Below are positions 36,830-49,795 of a DNA stretch of 64,000 nucleotides, one piece after another (within the stretch, counting starts at the first letter, position 1; every line of letters starts with the position of its first letter). The position numbers and the translations under genes are program-made. A model generated the notes under the pieces. It ran no database searches and was not told where the DNA came from. It was given only the letters and a program-made list of their open reading frames with translations. This DNA is from Mobula hypostoma (taxonomy: Eukaryota), in assembly GCF_963921235.1 (NCBI RefSeq), contig NC_086115.1, forward strand, positions 39,370,001-39,434,000. The letters are read 5' to 3'.

Positions 36830-37057
<228 letters not shown>

Positions 37058-37779
37058 TAACTTATTGGCCAAAGCCGTGCATTATCAATGATTATTTTAA
37101 TTCTCTCTTTGTTTCTTCCTTGCTCCCCTATGGAGACCCTTTTATATATAATGAAGCCATGGTAAGTTGAGCTCAAATAGATTGGAGTATGCATTTGTGA
37201 ACTGAGATTTGTTGGATGTGAGTTGCAGGGCGGCTTTGACTATTCTTCGTGATCTTGCTAAAATCTGGCTTCCTCTTTGTCCCTAGCTGAGAACATCATT
37301 AGTCACTCTTCCCTATGATTGCTGATGGGACCTCAGCCAATATCTTATTTCTTTCCCATCCACCCATTGCAAAGTAGAAATTGACATGAATGGGGATAAT
37401 GGCAAGAATCATAATATATTTTCTGCTTTTCATCTCCAAAGACTTTCACATAGACTTTGGCATCAATAGATATATAACAATTAACATGAAGGTGTACAAA
37501 AAGCAGCCCTGTTATGACTATATTTCACTAAGGGTGGGGTTATCTTGGCGTTCGGAATCCTGCTTGTTGGCACTTATGCTCCTGAGTTGTCTTGTCCTGT
37601 CGATCGAATTTCAAACTTCACTTTGCAAGCTCCAGCAGTTTCCGTAACACCATCAATACAAGAAGAACAAGCAGAAGCTGTAGAGAAAGTGAAATAATTG
37701 AAGATACACTATCTGGAAGATATTACCTGAGGAATCGCTGTTCGTTGGTGCCATCCTGACTGAAGTCTGAGAATAGCAT

Positions 37780-38285
37780 TGAGGGGTTTGAAGTTGCTGA
37801 TCCTCTCCACCTGCGATTCCCCAATGAGGACTGGCACATGGACCTCCGGTTTCCTCTTCCTGAAGTCAATAATCATTTCCATGGTCTTGCTGATATTGAG
37901 TGATATGATGTTATTGTGGCACCATTCAGCCTGATTTTCAGTCTTACCCCAGTAAGCTGATTGTCACCATCTTTGATTCGGCCAACGACAGAGGTGTCAT
38001 CAGCAAACTTAAGTATAGCATTGGAGCTGTGCTTAGCCTCACAGTCATAAGTATAAGGCAAGTAGACCAGGGTCTAAGCACTCAGACTTGTGGTGCACCT
38101 GTGCTGATGGAGATTGTGGAGAAGTTGTTGTTGCCAATCCAAAATGACTAGGGTCTGCAAGTGAGGAAATTGAGGATTCAATTGCACAATGGGTACTGAG
38201 GTCAAGGCCTTGAAGCTTATTGATTAGTTTTGAGAGGATGATAGTATTGAATGCCAAGTTGTAGTCAATAAGGAGTATCCCAATG
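37780..38285 (-). mobile_element. Rex1/Babar LINE RT fragment
   Basis: ILLIDYNLAFNTIILSKLINKL; YTYDCEAKHSSNAILKFADD. Confidence 0.85.
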
Positions 38286-38716
38286 AGCATTCATAGAAAG
38301 ATCTCCAAAATTCCCCAAAAAACTATAACATAATAGTAATCCTCAAATTAGCAATGTACTTTAATTGTCAGACACTGACCAAATAAAAACTGAAGGGTTA
38401 AAATATCAATAGTTGTTATCTTTCAATAGATAGTCTGTTAGTGCATCATTATAACAAGGAGTAATATTAAAGAAATAGCTATTACCAGCACCTTCAAAGA
38501 TGTTACCTTTCAAGGATCCAAGTCAGAGTATGTGATGGGTTACATTTTTTCTCATCAAAATTCATGATGCACTGATTCTTCTAAACAAAGTGTGACAGGT
38601 AATGGGATTTGAAGAGATTAAGTGATTTTGGTCATAGCAGAGAGGCAGAGAACAACCAATAGAAAATTGAAGACATTAACTAAGGGAAGGAAATCAACCG
38701 ATGTCTTGGTTTAGAG

Positions 38717-38758
38717 CAGGGTATTGGTCCATGACATAAAAAAGATTGGGAGCCTCTG
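38717..38758. mobile_element. 42-bp hAT/Charlie remnant
   Basis: Perfect 8-bp TSD gtttagag (38709-38716, 38759-38766); ends CAGGG...GGGAGCCTCTG. Confidence 0.65.
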
Positions 38759-38804
38759 GTTTAGAGCATTAAAACAGCAAAAATGGCTGACAACTCAAGC
38801 ATTC

Positions 38805-39935
38805 TGTCAGGGTCATCAGTGAACTCAAGTGCAGGAATCACAGAGACTTCAGCAATTCAAACAAAACAATGATTTATTACAGAAATTAACTACAGAACTA
38901 ACAAGAAATCAGGCAAGCCGTACAGAATCTTGATGAACTGGAATCACTCACAATGGACAGAAGAACTCTGTCAGAGTTTCATCAGGCAAGGATCCACAAT
39001 GACTGAACAAAGAGGGCTTGGCTTGCTCCCCTGAAATTCACACTGGGGCATGTAGAAATTCAAGACCAATCAGACAGCCCTGGTGTCCAGACGAAGCAAT
39101 AACCCCCAAAGACAACAACTAGAATGCAAGTCATTGAAAATCCCCATGCTAATTAATAACCCCACATTGAACAACAGTTAAAAATACAAAAAAAATCCCC
39201 ATGATACCAAATGAGTCACCTGCAACACAAAAAGATAAATAATTAGACATAAAAGGTAAACAAACGAAGGAACACTACATACCAACAAGGTTACACCAAG
39301 AAAAAACAATCCTCATACTAACTGAAAAAAATTATTATTTCAAAAAAGTGACCCCTGGTTGTGAATTTGAAAACGCAAACACGAGGAAATCTACAGATGC
39401 TGGAATTTCAAGCAACACACACAAAAAATGCTGGTGAACGCAGCAGGCCAGGCAGCATCTATAGGAAGAGGTACAGTCAATGTTTTGGGCCGAGACCTGA
39501 AATGGGTACGAGGCTGGAGAAGGGAGAGGATCATGGGACGGAAGGCCTAGGGAGAAAGAAAGGGATTTTTTTTTCTCTCTCTCCTTTTTCTCCCTCTGTC
39601 CCTCTCACTATACTCCTTGCCCATCCTCTGGGCTTCCCCCCTCCCCCTTTCTTTCTCCCTAGGCCTCCTGTCCCATGATCCTCTCCCTTCTCCAGCCTCG
39701 TATCCCTTTTGCCAATCAACTTTCCAGCTCTTAGCTCCATCCCTCCCCCTCCTGTCTTCTCCTATCATTTTGGATCTCCCCCTCCCCCTCCCACTTTCAA
39801 ATCTCTTACTATCTCTTCTTTCAGTTAGTCCTGACGAAGGGTCCCGGCCCGAAACATTGACTGTACCTCTTCTTATACATGCTGCCCGGCCTGCTGCGTT
39901 CACCAGCATTTTTTGTGTGTTCCCTGGTAGTGACA
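38805..39935 (-). mobile_element. Putative Gypsy-type solo LTR interrupted by a Penelope insertion
   Basis: TGTCA...TGACA termini; AATAAA on the minus strand near the end; flanks cattc / tgttc. Confidence 0.55.
39365..39921. mobile_element. Penelope pseudo-LTR insertion with inverted arms
   Basis: 12-bp TSD ccctggt(t/a)gtga (39353-39364, 39922-39933); plus-strand hammerhead at 39826-39863 with broken stem III (GAAACAUU). Confidence 0.8.
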
Positions 39936-41587
39936 TGTTCTGAGTAGCATCTTGCAATCAGGCTTCCATCCCCTTTTCATCTTTGTCCTGACCCATGAAA
40001 AACATTCTTTTTTTTTCTTTGTTATCCATGGTCTTGCTGTCTGGCTCTGTTATGTATTAGGCTGGAGAAGAACCCACCTGGCATTCTGCCCAAACTAAAC
40101 AGCCTTTCCCATTCTGACAAAGAGTCCTCAAAGTTAATTTTAAACTGTTTTGTTTTTCTCTCTTACTACAGATACTGCTTGGCCTGCTGAGTATTTCTAG
40201 CATTTTTCTTTATGTCATATTTCCAGCCACAGCAGTATTTTGTATCTCACCATTACGGCATTTTTTCTTCTTGTCTCTCCTCTATCTCATTGATCTTCTA
40301 TTTACACCTCCTGAAGACAGCTCAGTGGTGCTTTATATGCACCCACCCACATCTCTCAGCTGCCACCAACATTCCCTCTAATTTTTTTTTAAACAGCTGC
40401 GTGGACCAACAATTGCTCTGAGTTGGAAAATTTTACATGACCTGAAAACTGTGTGGCACTTTAAATAAAACATTATACAGTATAAAAGAAAATTCCAGCT
40501 GAGTAGCAGCAAGGCTATGTGCACAGGAGCATTTCAGTTACTGCGCAGCCATACACCTTCGCAGGTCAGAGGGAGCAGTGGCTGGCACCACCACCATCTG
40601 TGTTCTTCAGTATCCCCTGTTCCCCAGCCTTCGCCCAGATCCCCTTTGTTCTTTCCATTTGCAGACCCTTCTCTGTACCAATAACCATGTCTGATTTCTA
40701 ATTTTACCCACTTCTGATGAAAAGTCATTCACCTGCAACAAAGGTCACTGACTCTGTTTCACTTTCCATAAATTTTAGTGAAATTTCTGAGTATTTTGTA
40801 GATTTTTTTTTACTTCCAGAAGCTGCAGCACTTTGAGATTTACATTCTAACTCATATGATACCTTTTAGTATCTTGCACATTGCGCAAGTGTAGGCACCT
40901 CGAGAAATCCCGGAACAATGATATCAATACAGGAGGTGCAGAGAAATGGCTCACTTCCGTATACTTTGGAATTGACCTTGGCTTTGTACCCAAGTTACCA
41001 CAACTTGAAGTATTAGGTTGACCCAGTGTATGAGTGGCAGAGTTGTGTGTGGTTGGATGTAGCCTAGTTCTCAAGTGACTGTTGGAGTGTTAGAACACAT
41101 AGAGATCAAAGCCTGAACCATGCCCCAGATTGTGTTCTCTTATATTTATTTGAGTTGATTTGAGGGGGCATCTACAGATTCTTTTGAGAGGTCTTATGAT
41201 CTTACACTCCATTTCAGTTACCTCAATGTGATTAGGGGATTTGAGCACCAATTTTTTGAATCAAGAGCATTTGCAGGAATTTAGATCTTGAAATGACACT
41301 TCAATCAGAAACATGCTATAGAAATCTGCACACATTTTTCAAATATTTCACCTCAACACAGAATGAAGCAATTCAGCCCATCAAGTATGTGCTAGCTCTC
41401 AGAGCAACTCCATCAATCCCATTCACTTTATCTTTTTCCTTCACTCTCATACCGATTGTAGTGACTAGTTGAAAAGAAACGAAGTCACAGAGATTGTGAG
41501 GAAGTATGACATGCTTCCAACTAACTGAGTTCCAAGTCGAAAAAGTATGTTTAATCCTTTATTAAAAACCAATAATAAAATCATTCA

Positions 41588-43504
41588 TGTAAACACGAGG
41601 AATTCTGCAGATGCTGGAAATTCAAGCAACACACATCAAAGTTGCTGGTGAACGCAGCAGGCCTGGCATCATCTCTAGGAAGAGGTACAGTCAACGTTTC
41701 GGGCCGAGACCCTTCGTCAGGACTAACTGAAGGAAGAGCTAGTAAGAGATTTGAAGGTGGGAGGGGGAGGGGGAGATCCAAAATGATAGAAGAAGACAGG
41801 CGGGGGAGGGATGGAACCAAGAGCTGCACAGTTGATTGGCAAAAGGGATATGAGAGGATCATGGGACAGGAGACCCAGGGAGAAGGAAAAGGGGGAGGAG
41901 GGGAAAAAACCCAAGGGTGGGCAAGGGGTATAGTCAGAGGGACAGAGGGAGAAAAAGGAGAGAGAGAGAAAGAATGTGTGTATATAAATAAATAACGGAT
42001 GGGGTACGAGGGGGAGGTGGGGCATTAGCGGAAGTTAGAGAAGTCAATGTTCATGCCATCAGGTTGGAGGCTACCCAGATAGAGTACAAGGTGTTGTTCC
42101 TCCAACCTGAGTGTGGCTTCATCTTTACAGTAGAGGAGGCCGTGGATAGACGTATCAGAATGGGAATGGGATGTGGAATTAAAATGTATGGCCACTGGGA
42201 GATCCTGCTTTCTCTGGCGGACAGAGCATAGGTGTTCAGCAAACTGATCTCCCAGTCTGCGTCGGGTCTCGCCAATATATAGAAGGCCACATCGGGAGCA
42301 CCGGATGCAGTATATCACCCCAGCCAACTCACAGGTGAAGTGTCGCCTCACCTGGAAGGACTGTCTGGGGCCCTGAATGGTGGTAAGGGAGGAAGTGTAA
42401 GGGCATGTGTAGCACTTGTTCCACTTACAAGGATAAGTGCCAGGAGGGAGATCAGTGGGGAGGGATGGGGGGGAGGAATGGACAAGGGAGTCACGTAGGG
42501 AGCGATCCCTGCGGAAAGCAGAGGGGGGGGAGGGAAAGATGTGCTTAGTGGTGGGATCCTGTTGGAGGTGGCGGAAGTTACGGAGAATAATACGTTGGAC
42601 CCGGAGGCAGGTGGGGTGGTAGGTGAGGACCAGGGGAACCCTATTCCTAGTGGGGTGGCGGGAGGATGGAGTGAGAGCAGATGTGTGTGAAATAGGGGTG
42701 ATGCATTTTTTAGAGCAGAGTTGATGGAGGAAGGGAAGCCCCTTTCTTTAAAAAAGGAGGACATCTCCCTCGTCCTGGAATGAAAAGTCTCATCCTGAGA
42801 GCAGATGCGGCGGAGATGGAGGAATTGCGAGAAGGGGATGGCATTCTCACCCTGTCTCTTGCAAAAATGCCAGAGACTGGGAGATTGTTTTGCTGAACAC
42901 CTATGCTCTGTCCACCCGAGAAAGCAGGATCTCCCAGCGGCCACACATTTTAATTCCACATCCCATTCACATTCAGATATGTCTATCCACGGCCTCCTCT
43001 ACTGTAAAGATGAAGCCGCACTCAGGTTGGAGGAACAACACCTTATATTCCGTCTGGGTAGCCTCCAACCTGATGGCATGAACATTGACTTCTCTAACTT
43101 CCGCTAATGCCCCACCTCCCCCTCGTACTCCATCCGTTATTTATTTATATACACACATTCTTTCTCTCTCTCTCCTTTTTCTCCCTCTGTCCCTCTGACT
43201 ATACCCCTTGCCCATCCTCTGGATTTTCCCCCCTCCCCCTTTTCCTTCTCCCTGGGCCTCCTGTCCCAAGATCCTCTCATATCCCTTTTGCCAATCACCT
43301 GTGCAGCTCTTGGCTCCATCCCTCCCCCTCCTGTCTTCTTCTATCATTTTGGATCTCCCCCTCCCCCTCCCACTTTCAAATCTCTTACTAGCTCTTCCTT
43401 CAGTTAGTCCCGATGAAGAGTCTCGGCCTGAAACGTCGATTGTACCTCTTCCTACAGATGCTGCCTGGCCTGCTGCGTTCACCAGCAACTTTGACGTGTG
43501 TTGC
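41588..43504 (-). mobile_element. 1.9-kb 5'-truncated Penelope-like retroelement (RT C-terminus, GIY-YIG endonuclease, pseudo-LTR) with an inverted duplication
   Basis: GVIYCIRCSRCGLLYIGET (ORF 42025-42351); IPFSQFLHLRRICS; 14-bp TSD aataaaatcattca (41574-41587, 43505-43518); arms ~41588-42262 and ~42875-43504. Confidence 0.93.
41688..41725 (-). ncRNA. Minimal type I hammerhead ribozyme motif, intact
   Basis: Minus strand UAGUC-CUGACGA-A-GGGU-CUCG-GCCC-GAAAC-GUU-GACUG; all core nucleotides, stems I and II, palindromic ACGU stem III. Confidence 0.82.
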
Positions 43505-44089
43505 AATAAAATCATTCAACTCTTCCGTAATTCATGTGAAACAAAAACGAGCAAGATGAATGTAATTGGATCAAATTCAAACAAAAACAAGCAGTCAACA
43601 AAAAATATGAACTCCTTACTCTATAAATATAGGTGACTATATTCATTTATTTCTACTGCCACCCAAACCCATGTGTCAAACCCTCTTGACCAATTACCCA
43701 GAGCAAGAATAGGCAACACAAATACAATACAATGAATAGATACATGGCTCCGACATCCATCAACAACACCCTTCCTCACTTACCACTCTCCTATAGGAGG
43801 AGTAATTTATAGTAACAGATTGATCTACTAATCAACACATGCTGGAGGAACTCAATGGGTTAGGCAGGATAAGTGAAGGGAAATGGACAGTCGACTTTTT
43901 AAGTCAGGAGCCTTCATCCAGACAAATGTCTTTGCCTGACTTGCTGAGTTCTGCCATTATTTATTTTGTCGCTGCACATTCTGTTATCTGCTGTCTCTTG
44001 TGTCTCCAAACTACCAATCAAAATGACTTTAGGAAGTGGGAAGTCACTGGACCTGGTGGGGATCTACATGACCAGAGAGAGAGCATCTA

Positions 44090-44182
44090 AACTCTGCACA
44101 GACAGCACCGGAAATCAGGGTCGAACCCAGGTCGCAGGAGTTGTGAGGCCACTGAATTTTCTGCTGCCCCAGTGAGCTGCCC
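44090..44182 (-). mobile_element. HE1-like SINE tRNA-derived head
   Basis: Minus strand gggcagctcactggggcagc...ctgggttcgaccctg (B box) ...gctgtctgtgcagag. Confidence 0.55.
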
Positions 44183-44644
44183 TTAATATGCTTTAGTAGT
44201 CATGAGAAGATGTGGGTGGCAGCAGTGTGGACTCATACTGCTTCCAGCTTCAAGAATGTTGCAGACTGGAAATTAAGCAGGAAACTCTCATGCAACCTCA
44301 ATACCAGGTGGAATCTGATTAAGCCATGATTAACACAGTCCATGACTTAAGGATTTCTAGGGTCTTTGATTGTAAGGGGTGTTAAAACAATTATTGCAAA
44401 TTTATATGTGCCCGGAGACTGGATCAATAACATTCTTTAGTTTAAACCTTGTGGCTGAGGTACAATGTTACTTGGCCATAAATAATATTGGAAGCCTTTT
44501 GGCCTTGACACCATTACCTGATGCATGAAAAAACACTATCATTTTCCTGCAGGCCAGATTATATTGCCTGCACACAATGCTGCTCTAAAGCTTGAAAACA
44601 GGCTGGAGAAACTATGATTTACTGAAATGGGTCTATCTCAGATT

Positions 44645-47600
44645 AGCACACACAAAATACTGGATGGATTCAACAGGTCAGGCAGCATCTATGGAGGAGA
44701 ATAAACAGGTTCAGGAAGAGACCCTTCATCAGGACTGGAAAGGAAGGGGAAAGAAGCCAACAAAAGAAGGTGGGGGTAGGGGAAGGAGTGCCAGCTAGAA
44801 GGTAATAGGTGAAGCCAGGTGGGTGGGAAAGGAGGATGAAGTAAAATGCTGGGAAATGATAGGAGGAAAAGGTAAAGGGCTGCAGAAGAAGGCATCTGTT
44901 AGGAGGGGAGAGTAGGCCATGGGCAAGAGGGAAGGAGGAGAGCAACATGGGTAGGTGATAGGCAGGTGAGGAGAATGGGTAAGAAACTAGAGTGGAGAAA
45001 TGAAAAGGAGGGAAGGGGAATTAATTACTGTAAATTGGAGAAATTGAAGTTCATACCATCAGATTGGAGGCTACCCAGATGGAATATGAGGTGTTGCTCC
45101 TCCCACCTCATCAAAGTTGTAGAGGAGGCTGCGGAACAACGTGTCAGCATTGGAATGGGAATTGGAAATAAAAATGGTTGTCCACTGGGATCTCCTGCTT
45201 TTTGCAGATGGAGCGACGGTGCTGGACAAAGTGGTCCCCCAATCTACAAACCCCATTTCCAGAAAAGTTGGGATATTTTCCAAAATGCAATAAAAACAAA
45301 AATCTGTGATATGTTAATTCACGTGAACCTTTATTTAACTGACAAAAGTACAAAGAAAAGGTTTTCAATAGTTTTACTGATCAACTTAATTGTATTTTGT
45401 AAATATACACAAATTTGGAATTTGATGGCTGCAACACACTCAACAAAAGTTGGGACAGAAGCATGTTTACCATTGTTTTACATCACCTTTCCTTTTAATA
45501 ACACTTTTTAATCGTTTTGGGACTGAGGATACTAATTGTAATAGATTTGCAATTGGAAATTTTGTCCATTCTTGCTTGATATAAGACTTCAGCTGCTCAA
45601 CAGTCCGTGGTCTCCGTTGTCTGGTTCTGCTCTTCATGATTCTCCTCTACATTTTCAATAGGAGATAGATCTGGACTGGCAGCAGGCCAGTCAAGCACAC
45701 GTACTCTGTGTCTACAAAGCCACGCTGTTGTAGCCCGTGCAGAATGTGGTCTGGCATTGTCCTGCTGAAATAAGCATGGACATCCTGGGAAGAGACGTCA
45801 CCTTGATGGCAACATATGTCTCTCTAAAATCCTAATATACGCCTCAGAGTCAATTGTATCTTCACATACATGCTACTCACCCATGCCGTGGGCACTGATG
45901 CACCCCCATACCATCACAGATGCTGGCTTTTGCACCTTTCGCTGATGACAATCTGGATGGTCGTTTTCATCTTTGGCACGGAGAACTTGACGCCCGTTTT
46001 TTTCCAAAAACTAGCTGAAATGTGGACTCATCTGACCACAGCACACGGTTCCACAGTCTTTCAGTCCATCTGAGATGAGCTCAGGCCCAGATAACTCCCC
46101 GGCATTTCTGCATTGAATTGATGTATGGCTTCTTCCTTCCGTAATACAGTTTCAAGTTGCATTTCTGGATGCACCGACAGAGTGTGTTGAGTGACAGTGG
46201 TTTTCCGAAGTACTCCCGAACCCAGGTGGCTATAATTGTCACAGTAGCATGACGGTTTTTTAGGCACTGCCGACTGAGGGCTCGAAGATCACGCACATTC
46301 AACAGTGGTTTCCGACCTTGCCCTTTACGCACTGAGACGTCTCTGAATTCTCTGAATCTTTTCACAATATTATGTACTGTAGATGTTGAAAGACCTAAAT
46401 TCTCTGCAATCTTGCATTGAGAAATGTTCCTTTTGAACCAACTAACAATTCTCTCACAAATTTTGGCACAAAGGGGTGAGACACGACCCATCCTTGCTTG
46501 CAAAGACTGAGCCTTTGATGGACTTTTATACCCAGTCATGATACCTCACCTGCTACCAATTAGCCTGCTTAATGTGGAGTCTTCCAAACCGGTGTTACTT
46601 GAATATTCTGTGCACTTTTCAATCTTATTTTAACTCTGTCCCAACTTTTGTTGAGTGTGTTGCAGCCATCAAATTCTAAATTTGTGTATATTTACAAAAT
46701 ACAGTTAAGTTGGTCAGTAAAACTATTGAAAAACTTTTCTTTGTACTTTTGTCAGTTAAATAAAGGTTCACGTGAATTAACATATCACAGATTTTTGTTT
46801 TTATTGCATTTTTCAAAATATCCCAACTTTTCTGGAAATGGGGTTTGTATATTGGGTCTCACCAAATTAGAGGAAGTCCCATCGGGAGCACCGGATACAA
46901 TAGACAACCCAATAAGTTCACAGGTGAAGTGTCGCCTCACAAGGAAGAACTGTTTGGTACCTTGTTTGGAGGTGAGGAGGTGAGTGGGCAGATGTAACTC
47001 TTTTTCCACTCGCAGGGTTATGTGCTAGGAGGAAGATTAGTGGGGAGGGATAAATTGACAAAGGAATCCCTACGGAAAGTAGAGAGTGCAAGGGAGGTAA
47101 AGATGTGTTTGGTGGTAGGGTCCTGTTAAAGATGGCGGAAGTTGCGGCGAATGACGTGCTGGATGTGGAGGCTCATGGGGTGATAGGTGAGGAAAATGAA
47201 ATTCTATCCCTGTTAAGGCGGTGAGAAGATGGGTTGAGGGCAGTTGTTTGTGAAATAGCGGAGATGTGAGTGATAGTAGCATCAATGGTGGAGGAAGGAA
47301 AACCCCAGTCTTTGAAGAAGGAGGACATCTCTGATGCCCTAGAAAGGAAAGCCTCATCCTGGGACCAGATGCGGCAGAGACAAAGGAACTGAGAAAAGTG
47401 AGTGGCATTTTTACAGAAGACAGGATGGAAAGAGGTATAGTCAAGATAGCCATGAGAGTCATTAGGGTTAGAAAAGATGTTAGTCTCCACAGATGGAGAG
47501 AAAAGGTTGAGAAAGGGAAGAGAGGTATCTGCAGTGAACCAAATGATCTTATGGACAGGGCAGAAGTTGTTGATAAAATTGACAAGCTGAGCATGGGTTC

Positions 47601-47703
47601 ACGATGCAGCACCAATACAGTCGTCAATGTAGTGCAGAAATAGTCAGGCAGGATATCCGGGGTAGGCTTGAAACATAGACTTTTCCACGTGGCTAAGAGA
47701 AAA
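44645..47703 (-). mobile_element. Second Penelope subfamily copy (RT from LHYIDD, GIY-YIG, pseudo-LTR) interrupted by a Tc1
   Basis: HYIDDCIG, DSHGYLDYTSFHP, VRRHFTCE; sequence restored across the Tc1 TA site; possible 10-bp TSD atctcagatt (44635-44644, 47704-47713). Confidence 0.85.
45247..46847 (-). mobile_element. Full-length (1601 bp) Tc1/mariner DD34E transposon, IR/DR type, defective
   Basis: TA TSD (45245-45246, 46848-46849); ~210-bp TIRs with AAAAGTTGGGA direct repeats; LGLSTSTVHNIVKRF HTH; WSDES, QQDNARPH and SPDLSPIEN motifs with internal stops. Confidence 0.96.
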
Positions 47704-48002
47704 ATCTCAGATTCTCTCTTCCTCTTGGACTACTTTACTATGCTGATCTTACTAGTGATTGGGCTAAGAATTTCTAAATTTGCAGGAGTAATGAAAAGTT
47801 TCTGGGTTCCTTCCTGAATCCTAACTCCGTACTATACTATTCTTTCTGCCTTTTACTTCAAGTAGGTCTCTTTCTCGAATGATAAGCTAGTTTGGATGTA
47901 AAACAAAAAGATTGGTATCTTCAGCTTTCTGTCTTAAACGTGGTTTAACTGCCAAGATATAGCAATGTATCAAAGCGCTTAACCAAGCTATTTACTTCTT
48001 AG

Positions 48003-48135
48003 GGTTCTTGTACTATGAAGATATCAACCAGGCTGTAAATAAGACAGAGGCAGAAGCTGTGGGCCAAATGATTCAAGACATTACTCGTGAATGCACTTCT
48101 GATGCCCAGGTGACTTTGACAGGGGGATTTAGAAG
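48003..48135 (+). CDS. DNTT: TdT exon 7 (palm N-terminal part), 133 nt: (G)FLYYEDINQAVNKTEAEAVGQMIQDITRECTSDAQVTLTGGFR(R)
   Basis: Acceptor tttacttcttAG, donor AAG|GTGAGT; TGGFRR dNTP-binding motif; phase matches exon 6. Confidence 0.96.
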
Positions 48136-49459
48136 GTGAGTAAATTAGAGAAATTCTAACCTGCTCCAAAATATAATTTCAGCATGTTCTGTTCTAAATG
48201 TTATTTCCTGTTGTAGACAGTCATTTGAGCAAAGAAGGAACACAAAGCTGAATGTCTGTCTAATTTGAAAGGTTGGCGTTGCTCATGTACTTGCTGGTAT
48301 ATCAGTGTTAGCTCGAAATTTTGACAGGTTTTCTCACTTCTCTGTTTTTTTATAATTCAAATTTTTATTATTATTTATTCTTATTTTACAAAGCAGCATA
48401 GCATATCACAAAGCAGATACAGTACAGCATATTTACACAGCCATCCCATGACGGGAAAACAAATAAAACTCAGAGACAGAAAGAAGTTCTAATTTAAGTT
48501 TAAATTAACATACAACCAAAGTTGATCCAACATGTGTTACATGTGTTTTAACTATTTTATTAATTTTGATTCATTCATATTTTTGAAATGTATTATTATG
48601 TGCCTTGCTGGGTTTTTACTTCACTAGATTGCTGCTTTTCACCTTTAGTGTTAGTTGGTAACCTCATTGGCTCTGGGGCATGCAGTTCATGAGCACAGCT
48701 GAACTAGGCATAGGGGAACAGGCGCACAAGTCTCGGGCTGTTCCAGGTGGTGAGCTGTTCCGCCTTTAGTGACCTGGAGCTTGCTCTGAAGTTCCCTGAG
48801 CCCTGGTAATATCCATTAATTACCTGTGATTTTGGGTCAAATCCAAAAGTTTTCCCTGCACTTCCTTTGGATGTAAGATCTTTTGAAGTAAGGTGTGATG
48901 CCTTTCAGTCTTTTATATATGGGCAAGTATGCCAGTTCATATCATTTAAAAAATACTAGTCATATACACAACTAGATTATTTCCAACCTTGGTTTAAAAT
49001 GTAATTATTATTGTACAATTTACAGTGTAAAAGAATTTTACACTTTATACTGTGTAACTGGAAACTATATTCAGATTTTAATAGCATAAACCTCTTGCTG
49101 ATTAAAATCAATATTTAAGTTTATAAAGCTTCAAACATTAAATTATTCTCTTTACTTTTGAACATATGTGGATGTTTTAGGGGTTCACATATTTTTAGTG
49201 TGCCAAGTTTGTCAAGATTGCAGATATAAGCAGACTGCTTCAACGTAAATAATACAACACTTGGATATTGGATCATATTTCTACTTTATAATGCAATAAA
49301 TTATTTAGCAGATTTATGTCAACACTACCATTTGTCCAACATCCAACAGTGATATCGCACATACTGACCAACATTGTTATTAGTATGGTTTATTGAATAT
49401 TTCACTATTAATCATCGATAATACACCATTTCACCTTAATTTACATCTAACAATGAAAG

Positions 49460-49795
49460 GAGGGCACAGCAGTTGGTATTCCTGTTTCATAGCTTCAGAG
49501 AGCTATGTTTGATCATGACTGCATTGAACTTTCCTATTCTCCCCGTGATTGTGTTTGGCTTATCCTGGATGCTCCAGTTTCCCCCCACATCCCTAAGATG
49601 TACTGGTAGGTTAATTTGCTACTATAGATTACCTCTTCGTGCAGGTCAGTAACAAAGGAGAGTTGTTGGAGGTGTGAGACAGAATACATTGCAGGGCTAG
49701 AGGGAAATACAGTAGTGAGGAGGAATGGAGCTGATTTAATTTTTCTGCTGGAAGTGAGCATGGACCCAGTGGGCAGTACAGCTTCATTCATGTCG
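49460..49795 (+). mobile_element. HE1-like SINE, near full length, degenerate
   Basis: tRNA-like head, ttctccccgtg..tcctggatgctccagtttccccccacatcc core, CR1-derived tail. Confidence 0.6.
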
